Part shown: one piece after another, positions 50,259 through 58,912 of the stretch | How the letters are laid out: each line of letters opens with the position of its first letter | Position numbering within the stretch: the stretch's first letter is position 1 | Assembly (NCBI GenBank): GCA_016789175.1 | Contig: JAEURK010000008.1 | Location: 1 to 63,240, forward strand | Reading direction: 5' to 3' | Length of the DNA: 63,240 nt | Source of the DNA: Anaerolineales bacterium | GTDB lineage: Bacteria; Chloroflexota; Anaerolineae; Anaerolineales; UBA6663 | Notes under the pieces: generated by a model | The model's input: the letters and a program-made list of their open reading frames with translations, nothing else | Databases searched by the model: none | Told to the model about the DNA's origin: nothing | Translations under genes and position numbers: made by a program

Positions 50259-50286
50259 CAGCCCCTGAATTATACTCGTGTATTGC
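50259..50286 (-). promoter_or_regulatory. near-consensus sigma-70 promoter upstream of rpoC
   Basis: Minus strand: TTGACT (50281-50286), a 16-nt spacer, then TATAAT (50259-50264). Confidence 0.6.
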
Positions 50287-50354
50287 GGTGAGTCAAGTTA
50301 GAGCCAAGTCGCGACAGAACATAACACTATCACCCCACCCCGGACGGGTGGCGC

Positions 50355-51644
50355 TCAGGCGACCAGCGTCTCGACGGCGGACCGGCTCGCGTTAGGCTGG
50401 GCCACCGGGAGACCCGAGCTCTGGATCGGTTCGCCGCCGCGCGCGGCCTGGACCCGGTTTCGACCAGCGCGCTTGGCGGCATACAGGGCCGCATCGGCCC
50501 GATCCAACAGGCTTTCCAGATCTGGATCATCCTCGACCGTGAGGCTGGCTGCACCGATGCTGACCGTAACTCGAATCGGGCCGGTGTCCGTCGGGATCTC
50601 GGTTCGGGCCAGGCTGTCCCGCAACCGCTCGCCCACCAACAATGCCGCTTCGAGGTCGGCCTGCGGAAGCAGGATGGCGAATTCCTCTCCCCCGTAGCGG
50701 CAGGCGATATCGCCCGGTCGGATCGAAAACCGGATGATCTGCGCCACGCTTTGCAGCACCTGGTCTCCCGCGCGATGGCCTAGAGTGTCATTGACCTGCT
50801 TGAAGTGGTCCAGGTCCAGGACCAGAACGGACAGCCGTTGGGGAACCTGCCAACCCTGGGCGCTGGCGTAATCCAACATCGAGAAGAAATGCCGCCGATT
50901 GAACAGGCTGGTCAGGGGATCAATCCGCGCCCGTTCTTCGGCTTCGCGACGGCGCGCTTCGACCTCGAGCAGGGTAGTCTCCAACCGCGCCGTCTGCTCA
51001 TTGATCAGCCGGCGCTGGAGGTAATCCGCCCGGGAGTGGCTCTCAAGACCATAGCTGGCCACCATCCCAATGATGTTGAAACTGATAAAGAAGAAGGTGC
51101 TGCTGACAACGACAGCCGGTGGCATGGGGTTGGCCCAGACCGCGATGACCAGGTAGCCGGCGAAGACGACCCAGGCCAGGATCGAAGCGGTGATGAACCG
51201 CAGACCCAGCAGGGTGAACCCGAACATGGCGACCAGCAGAAAGCCGACGTAATACAGGTAGCTCCCCGGCTGCGGCGCCACGGCCACGATCGCCGCGATG
51301 CCGAGGCCGCCGGCCAGGCTCACCAATCCGAAGGAGCGCTCGATCCAGGCCGGCGTGCGTGGGCCATACGACAGCGCCAACACGGCAATCCCAACCGGGA
51401 CAGCCAGGCCAAAGCGGATCGACCAGGCGACCAACCGGGCGTCGGGGATAAGGTACTCGTCGAGAAACCCAAATCCCGCGTAGAACACGATCCCGAGCAG
51501 CAGCGCCATGCGCGACTGCTTGATCACCCTCGCCAGGAACTCGACACGATAGGCATCTTCCTGCATCGGATCCGAGAAACGGAGCGAGACGGGGTCGACA
51601 ATCGCTTCGGCCAACGGCCGGGGGAGGTGTCGGTTCGGGACCAT
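50355..51644 (-). CDS. diguanylate cyclase (multi-TM N-terminal domain plus GGDEF), paralogue A
   Basis: 429 aa. About six TM helices and a GGDEF domain with an active-site GGEEF and an RxxD I-site (RPGD) 5 residues upstream. Confidence 0.85.
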   Translation of the reverse strand: MVPNRHLPRPLAEAIVDPVSLRFSDPMQEDAYRVEFLARVIKQSRMALLLGIVFYAGFGFLDEYLIPDARLVAWSIRFGLAVPVGIAVLALSYGPRTPAWIERSFGLVSLAGGLGIAAIVAVAPQPGSYLYYVGFLLVAMFGFTLLGLRFITASILAWVVFAGYLVIAVWANPMPPAVVVSSTFFFISFNIIGMVASYGLESHSRADYLQRRLINEQTARLETTLLEVEARRREAEERARIDPLTSLFNRRHFFSMLDYASAQGWQVPQRLSVLVLDLDHFKQVNDTLGHRAGDQVLQSVAQIIRFSIRPGDIACRYGGEEFAILLPQADLEAALLVGERLRDSLARTEIPTDTGPIRVTVSIGAASLTVEDDPDLESLLDRADAALYAAKRAGRNRVQAARGGEPIQSSGLPVAQPNASRSAVETLVA

Positions 51645-51762
51645 GCAGGGTCGCTCTCAATTTGCCAGGACACGCTTACCGAAGCGTTTCCGGGCGCTAC
51701 GCGTTATTCCCTTGCATCGTATCCGAATAGCCATCCGGCCAGCGTATAGGCGGCGTGAACGT

Positions 51763-53001
51763 TCAGACGGTTCGGTTGGCGCCGGCCGCGGACCGGACCT
51801 GGTTTCGCCCGCCGTTTTTGGCGAGATACAAGGCCGAATCGGCCCGCTCGAGCAGCGCGTCGAACCCCTCCTCGTCTTCCCTCAGCGCGGCGACGCCGAT
51901 GCTGGTGGTGACCTGGATCGGACCCTTGTCGGTCGGGATGGTCGTGCGCTCCAGGATATCGCGCAGCCGCTCACCGACCGCGGCTGCGACCGAGAGGTTG
52001 GCCTGCGGCAGAAGGATGGCGAACTCCTCACCGCCAAACCGGCACGGGATGTCGCCCTGGCGGATGCCGAATCGCATCATCTGCGCCACGCTCTGCAACA
52101 CTTGGTCGCCGACGAGGTGCCCAAAGGTGTCATTGATCCGCTTGAAATGGTCCAGATCCATGATCAACACCGATAGATCCCGGGGCGAGCGCCGATCGCG
52201 GTTGCAGCTGTAATCCAGCATCGCAAAGAAGTGCCGGCGGTTGTACAAGCCGGTCAGCGGGTCGATTTGCGCATGAGCCTCGGCCTCGCGGCGGCGGCGC
52301 TCAACCTCGAGCAGATTCTCCTCCAGGCGCTCGGTCTGCTCGCGAATGATCTTGCGCTGCAGGAAGTCGGAGCGCGTGTAGCTTTCGAGCGAGTAATTTG
52401 TCATCATGGCGATGACGTTGAAGGCGCCGAAAAAGAAGGTGTTATTGACCAGGATCGCGGTCGGGGTGTGACTAACCCAGATCGCCGTGGCTTCATAGAG
52501 GCCGAAATGAATCCAGGCCAGGGCAAACGCGATGGGAAAGCGCGGGCGCAAAAACGTCAGATTGAAGGTCACGACCAAGAGCAGCCCGGCATAGTACAGG
52601 TAATTGCCGGGCGGCGATGCCGCGGCGACCATGGCCACAATCCCCAGACCGCTCACCAGGCCGCCCAGCGCGACCGCAGTCTCCCCGACCGAATCGTAAT
52701 GGCGGGTGTAGGTCAGCGCCAACACGCCCGAGGCAAACGGCACGATCACGCCAAAGCGGATGATCCAGGCCAGTTGCGCCGTGTCGGGGATCAGGTACAC
52801 ATCGAGAGCGCCGAAGGCGGCGTAAAGCAGGATGCCCAAGACCAGGGCCAACCGAAGCTGGCCCAAAGACTTCTGCCGGAGGTCATTGCGGTAGTCTCGC
52901 TCGACCTCGAGATCACGAAAGGTCAGCGTCAGTGGGTTGCCCACCGCCGCCGCCAGCGTGTCAGGGAGCCGTGGAGCCAGGCGCCGAAGAAGACGACTCA
53001 C
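51763..53001 (-). CDS. diguanylate cyclase (multi-TM N-terminal domain plus GGDEF), paralogue B
   Basis: 412 aa with a GTG start. Same architecture as paralogue A, GGEEF with I-site RQGD, and colinear similarity to the 50355-51644 product along the whole length. Confidence 0.85.
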   Translation of the reverse strand: MSRLLRRLAPRLPDTLAAAVGNPLTLTFRDLEVERDYRNDLRQKSLGQLRLALVLGILLYAAFGALDVYLIPDTAQLAWIIRFGVIVPFASGVLALTYTRHYDSVGETAVALGGLVSGLGIVAMVAAASPPGNYLYYAGLLLVVTFNLTFLRPRFPIAFALAWIHFGLYEATAIWVSHTPTAILVNNTFFFGAFNVIAMMTNYSLESYTRSDFLQRKIIREQTERLEENLLEVERRRREAEAHAQIDPLTGLYNRRHFFAMLDYSCNRDRRSPRDLSVLIMDLDHFKRINDTFGHLVGDQVLQSVAQMMRFGIRQGDIPCRFGGEEFAILLPQANLSVAAAVGERLRDILERTTIPTDKGPIQVTTSIGVAALREDEEGFDALLERADSALYLAKNGGRNQVRSAAGANRTV

Positions 53002-53068
53002 AGTCGATGTGTACGGGCGAAAACGCGCTTCACCCGGCCCTCCTGCCGGCTATGCAAACACACAGCTT

Positions 53069-54337
53069 TCACGCCGCCCGCAAAGTCCCCCAGATCTCCT
53101 TAACTGACATGCGCTTGCCGTACATGAGCAGGCTGGTGCGGAAGATCTTGGCCCCACCCCAGACCACGACCGGCACAGTGATCAACAGACCGACCAGGCT
53201 GATGACGATGTCTTCGACCGGGATGTCGCCATGTGGCAGGCGGATCATCATCATCATCGGTGCGGTCAGCGGGAACCAGCTCAAAACACGTGCCACGATG
53301 AAGTTCGGGTTGGCGAAAACCAGGCCGTTGATCATCCACGGGATCGCGGCCATGAAGGAGAAGATGCCCGCGATCTGCTGGCTCTCGCGCATGCTGGTGC
53401 CGAGCGATCCAGCGGTAGCCATCAACGTGCCGAACATCAGGTAGCCCAGGACGAAGTACACCAGCGCCAGGATGAGGATGCCCGGGTTGAGCGCCGCCGT
53501 GGCAGCGGCGGCCATCGCGCCCAGCCCGCCCGTGATCAGCACGCCCGAAAGCAACCACACGCCCACCTGGGTCAGGCCGAGCGCGCCCAGGCCGATCACC
53601 TTGCCGGCCAACAGGTCGACGGCCGTGACCGACGACAACACGACCTCCATCACCCGGTTTTCTTTCTCCTCACCGACGCTGCGCAGCAGGTAGCCGGCCG
53701 AGGTGAAGATCGAGATGAACAACAACAACGCAACGGCAAACGAGATGATAAAGCCGGCGCCGGCGGAGAAGATCGCGCTTGAGTCGGCCGTCGTCGGCTG
53801 GCCTTCGGCGTCGAGCGCCACCGGGTTGAGATCGTCTTGCAGCAGCCGCTCGACCTGATCCAGGCGCGTCGGGTCGACCTGGGCCGCCAGCAAGCCGCGG
53901 ATGAGGAACCGTGTCAGACGGCCGCTTTCGACCGCGATCGTGCTCGATAGACCGCCCTCGCTGCGCACATAGGCCTGTGGCGTGCCGCCAGCCGCGAAAT
54001 CCGCGGGCACGACTACGAAACCCGCCAGCCGACTGTCGAGCAGGTCGATCCGCGCGGCGCTCTCATCAGGGTAGAGCACAAAGTCGTCGCTGAAATCAGC
54101 CGGCACGTCCGCGAACAGCCCGGATCGGTCGACGACGCCCACTTTCTGGGTCGCGCCCGAAAACTGCTCGTCCAGAAACGAGATCGTCTCGCCGCCAAAG
54201 AAGGCCGCCACGATCACGCCGATCAGACCCAGGGCCGGGATGATCAGGGTTGCGAAGATGAAGCCGCCGCGCCGCACATTCACGAGGTATTCGTGGCGCG
54301 CGATCGTCCAGGTTTTGCGTGTCAATCCAAACATCAT
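53069..54337 (-). CDS. ABC-2 type transporter permease (NatB/YhaP-like)
   Basis: 422 aa. An N-terminal TM helix, a large extracytoplasmic loop and five C-terminal TM helices. Starts 30 nt downstream of the ATPase gene. Confidence 0.8.
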   Translation of the reverse strand: MMFGLTRKTWTIARHEYLVNVRRGGFIFATLIIPALGLIGVIVAAFFGGETISFLDEQFSGATQKVGVVDRSGLFADVPADFSDDFVLYPDESAARIDLLDSRLAGFVVVPADFAAGGTPQAYVRSEGGLSSTIAVESGRLTRFLIRGLLAAQVDPTRLDQVERLLQDDLNPVALDAEGQPTTADSSAIFSAGAGFIISFAVALLLFISIFTSAGYLLRSVGEEKENRVMEVVLSSVTAVDLLAGKVIGLGALGLTQVGVWLLSGVLITGGLGAMAAAATAALNPGILILALVYFVLGYLMFGTLMATAGSLGTSMRESQQIAGIFSFMAAIPWMINGLVFANPNFIVARVLSWFPLTAPMMMMIRLPHGDIPVEDIVISLVGLLITVPVVVWGGAKIFRTSLLMYGKRMSVKEIWGTLRAA

Positions 54338-54367
54338 GGCACCGTTTTCTCTCGACTAGGTCAGCGC

Positions 54368-55279
54368 TCAGGCCTTGCCCGTAACGACCCGCACGAAGAT
54401 CTCGTCCAGCGGGACGCTGGCCACCTCGAAACGCTCAAGCGGGGCACCGGAGTCGATCAACTGCTTGAGGAAAGCCTGCGGGGTCACGCCCGGGTCGAGC
54501 GTGATCCGCTCGCCGCGCGGCCGCCCGTCGCCGTTGAGCACGGGTTCGGCGTGCGCGACGCCGGGACGCCCGGCTGCGCCGATGACCGGCGCGACCTCGA
54601 GCGCGTTCGGCGAGAACTGGCGCTTGATCTCGGCCAGGTCGCCGTTCAACACGATCCGGCCGCGATTGATCAACGCGATCCGCTCGCACAGCGTCTCGAC
54701 CAGGTGCATCTCGTGGGCCGAGAGGATGATGGTCTTGCCTTCATCGCGCAGCTCGCGGATCAGGCGTCGGATCAGATCGACGTTGACCGGGTCGAGGCCC
54801 TGGAACGGCTCGTCGAGGATGACCAGCTCGGGCTGGTTGATGATCGTGGCCGCGATCTGCAGTTTTTGCTGCATGCCGCGCGACAGCTCCTGGACCTTGG
54901 CGCGGGCGCGGTCGTCGAGCTCCACGCGTTTGAGCAACAGCAGCGCGCGCTCGCGGGCGCGGGCCGCCGACAGGCCTTTGAGCTCGCCGAAGTACACCAG
55001 CGTCTCGAGCACGCGCAGCCCGCGATACAGGCCGCGTTCCTCGGGCAGATATCCGATTTGCTCGCGCCCCAACCCGGGCGCATGATCCAGGATCTGGATC
55101 GAGCCCGAGTCGGGTTTGAGGATGTCCATGATCATGCGGATCGTGGTGGTCTTGCCGGCCCCGTTCGGGCCGAGCAAGCCGAAGATCCCGCCTCGCTGCA
55201 CGTCGAAGCTGACATCCTGCACGGCCGTGACGTTAGCGAACGACTTTTGCAGTTGTTTGACGATTAGTGCGGCTGACAT
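54368..55279 (-). CDS. ABC transporter ATP-binding protein
   Basis: Walker A GPNGAGKTT, signature LSRGMQQKL, Walker B LVILDEPF. TATACT lies 7 nt upstream of the ATG. Confidence 0.9.
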   Translation of the reverse strand: MSAALIVKQLQKSFANVTAVQDVSFDVQRGGIFGLLGPNGAGKTTTIRMIMDILKPDSGSIQILDHAPGLGREQIGYLPEERGLYRGLRVLETLVYFGELKGLSAARARERALLLLKRVELDDRARAKVQELSRGMQQKLQIAATIINQPELVILDEPFQGLDPVNVDLIRRLIRELRDEGKTIILSAHEMHLVETLCERIALINRGRIVLNGDLAEIKRQFSPNALEVAPVIGAAGRPGVAHAEPVLNGDGRPRGERITLDPGVTPQAFLKQLIDSGAPLERFEVASVPLDEIFVRVVTGKA

Positions 55280-55491
55280 ATGTTCGAGTATACGCCCTAC
55301 GGTCGGCCTGGTTGCGGCAGACCCAGGGCAATCGCATCTGGTTGGGCCCTCGGTCTTCTGCCGCGGGTTTCGCCTTCAGTGGGAATTCGTGGCCAGATCC
55401 TGTCACTGACAGGTCGTGCTTGCCCACCTGGGCTGCGGGTGCAGTACACTGGCGCATCCCAACCGACGGTTCAACCAGGAGGACCGCCCGC

Positions 55492-56088
55492 ATGAGCCAC
55501 GGCTATTACGATCCGCAGCACCACCCGCCTTCGCGCCAACGGCGCCCCGCCAACCGGCGTGACGACGACTGGATCAAAGCCCTCCTGCATCGCGGCGAGA
55601 TCGCGCACGTGGCGACCCGCTGGGACGAGCAGATCTTCCAGACGCCGACCAGTTTCTGGTTCGATGAAGAGCGCCACGCTATCTGCTTTCACTCCAACCT
55701 CGCCGGCCGCGTGCGCGCCAACGTCGAACGGCATCCGGGCCTGTGCCTCGAGGTCAGCGAGTACGGGCGCTTTCTCGCCAGCAACGATCCGCTTGAAGCC
55801 TCGGTGCAGTATCGCAGCGTGATCGTCTTCGGCACGGCCCGGGTGCTGGGCGACCCCGCTGAACAGCGGCGTGCCCTGGCGGGTCTGCTCGGCAAGTACT
55901 TCCCCCAGCTCGCGCTCGGGCGCGAGATCATGCCCATCGGTGACGCCGCGCTGGCGCGCACCAGCGTCTACGCCGTCGCCATCGACGAGTGGAGCGGCAA
56001 GGAGAACTGGGCCGCGGTCGCCGACCAGACCGACGCCTGGCCGGCGCTGGATGAGCAATGGCTCGAGTTCGATTTCAGACCGGCATGA
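55492..56088 (+). CDS. pyridoxamine 5'-phosphate oxidase family (FMN-binding split-barrel) protein
   Basis: Trimmed to ATG 55492, preceded by AGGAGGA. IAHVATRWDEQIFQTPTSFWFDEERHAICFHSNLAGRVRANVERHPGLCLEV resembles general stress / PNPOx-like split-barrel proteins. Confidence 0.75.
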   Translation: MSHGYYDPQHHPPSRQRRPANRRDDDWIKALLHRGEIAHVATRWDEQIFQTPTSFWFDEERHAICFHSNLAGRVRANVERHPGLCLEVSEYGRFLASNDPLEASVQYRSVIVFGTARVLGDPAEQRRALAGLLGKYFPQLALGREIMPIGDAALARTSVYAVAIDEWSGKENWAAVADQTDAWPALDEQWLEFDFRPA

Positions 56089-56107
56089 AATGCGAAAGGA
56101 CATCCCC

Positions 56108-56740
56108 ATGCTTCCGACCAATTTGTTGGCCTTTCTGGCCGTGGCAGTGCCGGTTGTGCTGGTGCCCGGCCCAAGCCTGATCGCGATCATGGCGCGCGGC
56201 GTCGCTCAGGGGCGGCGGGCCGGCGTCCTGTTCGCCATCGCCGACTCCCTGGGGCTGGTGGTCCAGGTCATCGCCATCGCGGCCGGGCTGGCCGCCCTGT
56301 TGCAGACTTCGGTCCTCGTCTTTCGAATCGTGCAATTCGCTGGGGCCGCCTACCTGGCCTATCTGGGGCTGCAGCTCTGGCGCTCGAGCGCCAAGCCCTT
56401 ATTCGCCTCACCGGAAACGGCGGCGCCCCCCACCCCCGGCCGGGCGGTCTTCAGGCAGGGGTTTCTGGTCGGGGTGTCGAACCCCAAGGCGGGGTTGTTT
56501 CTGCTGGCGTTCCTGCCGCAATTTGTGCTTCCGGGGACGGTCCCGGAGGCCTTGCAGATCTTGCTCTACGGCCTGGTGTTCACGGCCTTGACGATCACGT
56601 ACGGCAGCTTGATGGGGGCTTTCGCCGGTCAGGTCGGCGCCTGGCTTCAGAGACGGGTCACCGCCCAGCGCTGGATCCAGCGGCTGGCAGCCGTGACGTT
56701 TGTGGGGTTGGGCGTGCGGCTGGCTGTGGCGGATAAGTGA
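56108..56740 (+). CDS. LysE family amino-acid exporter
   Basis: Trimmed to ATG 56108 (MLPTNLLAFLAVAVPVVLVPGPS). Typical LysE/RhtB N-terminus and about six TM helices. Confidence 0.85.
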   Translation: MLPTNLLAFLAVAVPVVLVPGPSLIAIMARGVAQGRRAGVLFAIADSLGLVVQVIAIAAGLAALLQTSVLVFRIVQFAGAAYLAYLGLQLWRSSAKPLFASPETAAPPTPGRAVFRQGFLVGVSNPKAGLFLLAFLPQFVLPGTVPEALQILLYGLVFTALTITYGSLMGAFAGQVGAWLQRRVTAQRWIQRLAAVTFVGLGVRLAVADK

Positions 56741-56745
56741 GGAGG

Positions 56746-56784
56746 AGGGAGGAGGGTACGCTACTGCGCTCGTCCCTCCTCCCT
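56746..56784. repeat. polypurine/polypyrimidine hairpin (AGGGAGGAGGG / CCCTCCTCCCT) at the convergent lysE/prfB junction
   Basis: 11-bp perfect stem with a 17-nt loop. The purine tract GAGGAGGAGGGAGGAGGG starts inside the lysE stop codon. Confidence 0.6.
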
Positions 56785-56789
56785 ATTCT

Positions 56790-57879
56790 CTACACCCCCA
56801 CCTGGCTCTGCAGGAAAGCCTCGATGAACTCGTCGAGCTCGCCGTCGAGCACCTTGTCGGTCTGGCTGGTTTCGTGGTCGGTGCGATGGTCTTTCACCAT
56901 CTGATAGGGGTGCAGCACGTACGATCGGATCTGCTGGCCCCATTCGGCTTTGACGCGCCCGCCCTTGAGCGCGTTGATCTCTTTCTGGCGCTCCTCTTCC
57001 CGGATCGCCAACAATCGTGAGCGCAAGACCTTCATCGCGTTTTCGCGGTTCTGGGTCAGCGAGCGCTCGTTCTGGCAGGTGACGATCAGGCCCGTCGGCA
57101 GGTGCCGGATGCGGATGGCCGTGGCGTTCTTCTGGACGTTCTGGCCGCCGGCGCCGTTGGCCCGGTAGGTTTCCATCTCGATCTCGCTCGGCGGGATCTC
57201 GATCGTGCCGACGTCTTCGACTTCGGGGTAGACCTCGACCGACGCGAACGACGTGTGCCGGCGCGCCGATGAGTCGAACGGCGAGATGCGCACCAGGCGG
57301 TGCGTGCCCTTCTCGGCCTTGAGCAGCCCGTAGGCAAAGGGGCCGGAGACCGCCATCGTCACCGACTTGATCCCGGCTTCCTCGCCCTCGCTCAGGTCGA
57401 GCACGTCGACCTTGAACCGATGATCCTCACAATAACGCTGGTACATGCGATAGAGCATGCCCACCCAGTCCTGCGACTCGGTGCCCCCGGCGCCGGCGAA
57501 GATCGTGAAGATCGCGTCATCGCGGTCGTACGTGCCGGAGAGCAGCGTCTCGACCTCGATCTCACGCGTGAGTTTCTCGAGCCGAGTCACCTCGGCCAGG
57601 AGCTCGCCGCGCATGCTCTCGTCGCCCAGCGCCGTCAACTCGAGGGCATCCGCGATCCCCTGTCGAGCGCCCTTGAACTGGGTCAACTCATCCCGCACCG
57701 ACGCGATCTCACGCATCGTGCGCTGAGCGGCCTCCGGGTTGTTCCACAGGTTGGGGTCCTGCGATTTGGCCTCCAGCTCGACCAGACGAGATTCCTTTGT
57801 AGGTAAGTCAAAGACGCTCCAGCAGGCTATGCAGGCGCTCGTCGATGACGTTCAAGCGGGCGGTCAGGTCTTCCATCAT
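56790..57879 (-). CDS. prfB: peptide chain release factor 2, programmed +1 frameshift: join(57879..57811, 57809..56790) on the minus strand
   Basis: A 23-codon frame-0 ORF ([23 protein letters not shown]) ends at CTT TGA C. The +1 frame continues [35 protein letters not shown]..., joining the 308-aa track ORF. SPF (RISPFDS) and GGQ (GAGGQNVQ) motifs are present. Confidence 0.9.
57807..57822 (-). promoter_or_regulatory. RF2 frameshift site (GGAG-CGT-CTT-TGA-C)
   Basis: Minus strand: CTGGAGCGTCTTTGAC. The slippery CUU plus in-frame UGA followed by C, with an SD-like GGAG 3 nt upstream, is the same architecture as E. coli prfB. Confidence 0.85.
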
Positions 57880-57944
57880 CTTGGGTCCTTATCGCTCGAA
57901 GGGACGCGCGTCTTGACGCGCATCCTCGAGACTCAACGGCAGGG

Positions 57945-58859
57945 TTATCGGCCAGCGTCGGGCTCGTCGATCAAGCCGGCCACGAACTTATCGGCGTCGA
58001 ACGGCGCAAAGTCCTCAAAGTGCTCGCCGGTGCCGATGAACACGATCGGCAGACCCAGTTCGCGACGGATGGCGAAAGCCATGCCGCCCTTGGCCGAGCT
58101 GTCGAGTTTGGTCAACACCACGCCGGTCACGCCCGCGGCGTCTTTGAAACCGCGCGCCTGCGAGAGCGCATTCTGACCCGTGATCGCGTCGAGCACCAGC
58201 CAGGTCTCATGCGGCGCACCCGGGACGGCCTTGCCGATCACGCGCGAGACCTTGCGGAGCTCTTCCATGAGATTGTACTTGCTCTGCAAGCGGCCGGCTG
58301 TGTCGACGACCAACACATCGATGCCGCGCGCCTGGGCCGCCGCGGCGGCGTCGTAGGCCACCGAGCTCGGATCGGCGTTCGGCTGCCCGGCGATCACGGG
58401 GAAGTCGAGGCGCTCGCCCCAGACCTGCAGCTGATCGACGGCGGCCGCCCGAAACGTGTCGGCCGCGGCGGCGATGACGGTCTTGCCCTGCCCGCGCAGG
58501 TAGCGCGCCAGCTTGGCGACGGTCGTGGTCTTGCCCGAGCCGTTGACGCCAACCAGGGCGATGACAGTCGGCTGATGATCGAAACGCAGCGGCCGGGTTT
58601 CGCCAAGCAGCGCGCGGAGCTCGTCGCGCAACACGGCCCGCAGGCGGTCGGCCTGGACGATGCCTTCGGCTGTCGCGCGGGTGCGCAGACGCGTGAGCAT
58701 CTCGTCGGCGACGACGGCGCCCATATCGGCCTGGATCAGCGCGATCTCGAGCTGTTCCCAGGTGTCTTCGGTGATGTCGCTCTGGCCCAACAGGGAGGCG
58801 ACGCGGCCAAAGACCGCGTCGCGGGTGCGCGCCAGGGAGTCGCGGATCGATTTGAACAT
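57945..58859 (-). CDS. ftsY: signal recognition particle receptor FtsY (short form, NG domain only)
   Basis: 304 aa. GTPase motifs [15 protein letters not shown] and TKLD. TATAAT lies 8 nt upstream of the ATG. Confidence 0.9.
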   Translation of the reverse strand: MFKSIRDSLARTRDAVFGRVASLLGQSDITEDTWEQLEIALIQADMGAVVADEMLTRLRTRATAEGIVQADRLRAVLRDELRALLGETRPLRFDHQPTVIALVGVNGSGKTTTVAKLARYLRGQGKTVIAAAADTFRAAAVDQLQVWGERLDFPVIAGQPNADPSSVAYDAAAAAQARGIDVLVVDTAGRLQSKYNLMEELRKVSRVIGKAVPGAPHETWLVLDAITGQNALSQARGFKDAAGVTGVVLTKLDSSAKGGMAFAIRRELGLPIVFIGTGEHFEDFAPFDADKFVAGLIDEPDAGR

Positions 58860-58867
58860 GGCCTGGA

Positions 58868-58906
58868 ATTATATCGGGTTCGGGCCGGCGCGTGGGTTGT
58901 TATAAT
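58868..58906. promoter_or_regulatory. divergent pair of TATAAT boxes in the 53-bp ftsY / kinase-like gene spacer
   Basis: TATAAT on the minus strand (58868-58873) lies 8 nt from the ftsY ATG. TATAAT on the plus strand (58901-58906) lies 6 nt from ATG 58913. Confidence 0.5.
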
Positions 58907-58912
58907 TATCGG

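Noticed and set aside
57880-57944. Imperfect palindrome (TCGAGGATGCGCGTC...GACGCGCGTCCCTTCGA) between ftsY and prfB as a regulatory element
   Set aside because: The stem is short and mismatched, with a 2-3-nt loop and no U tract. It could be a weak terminator, but the evidence is insufficient to call it.
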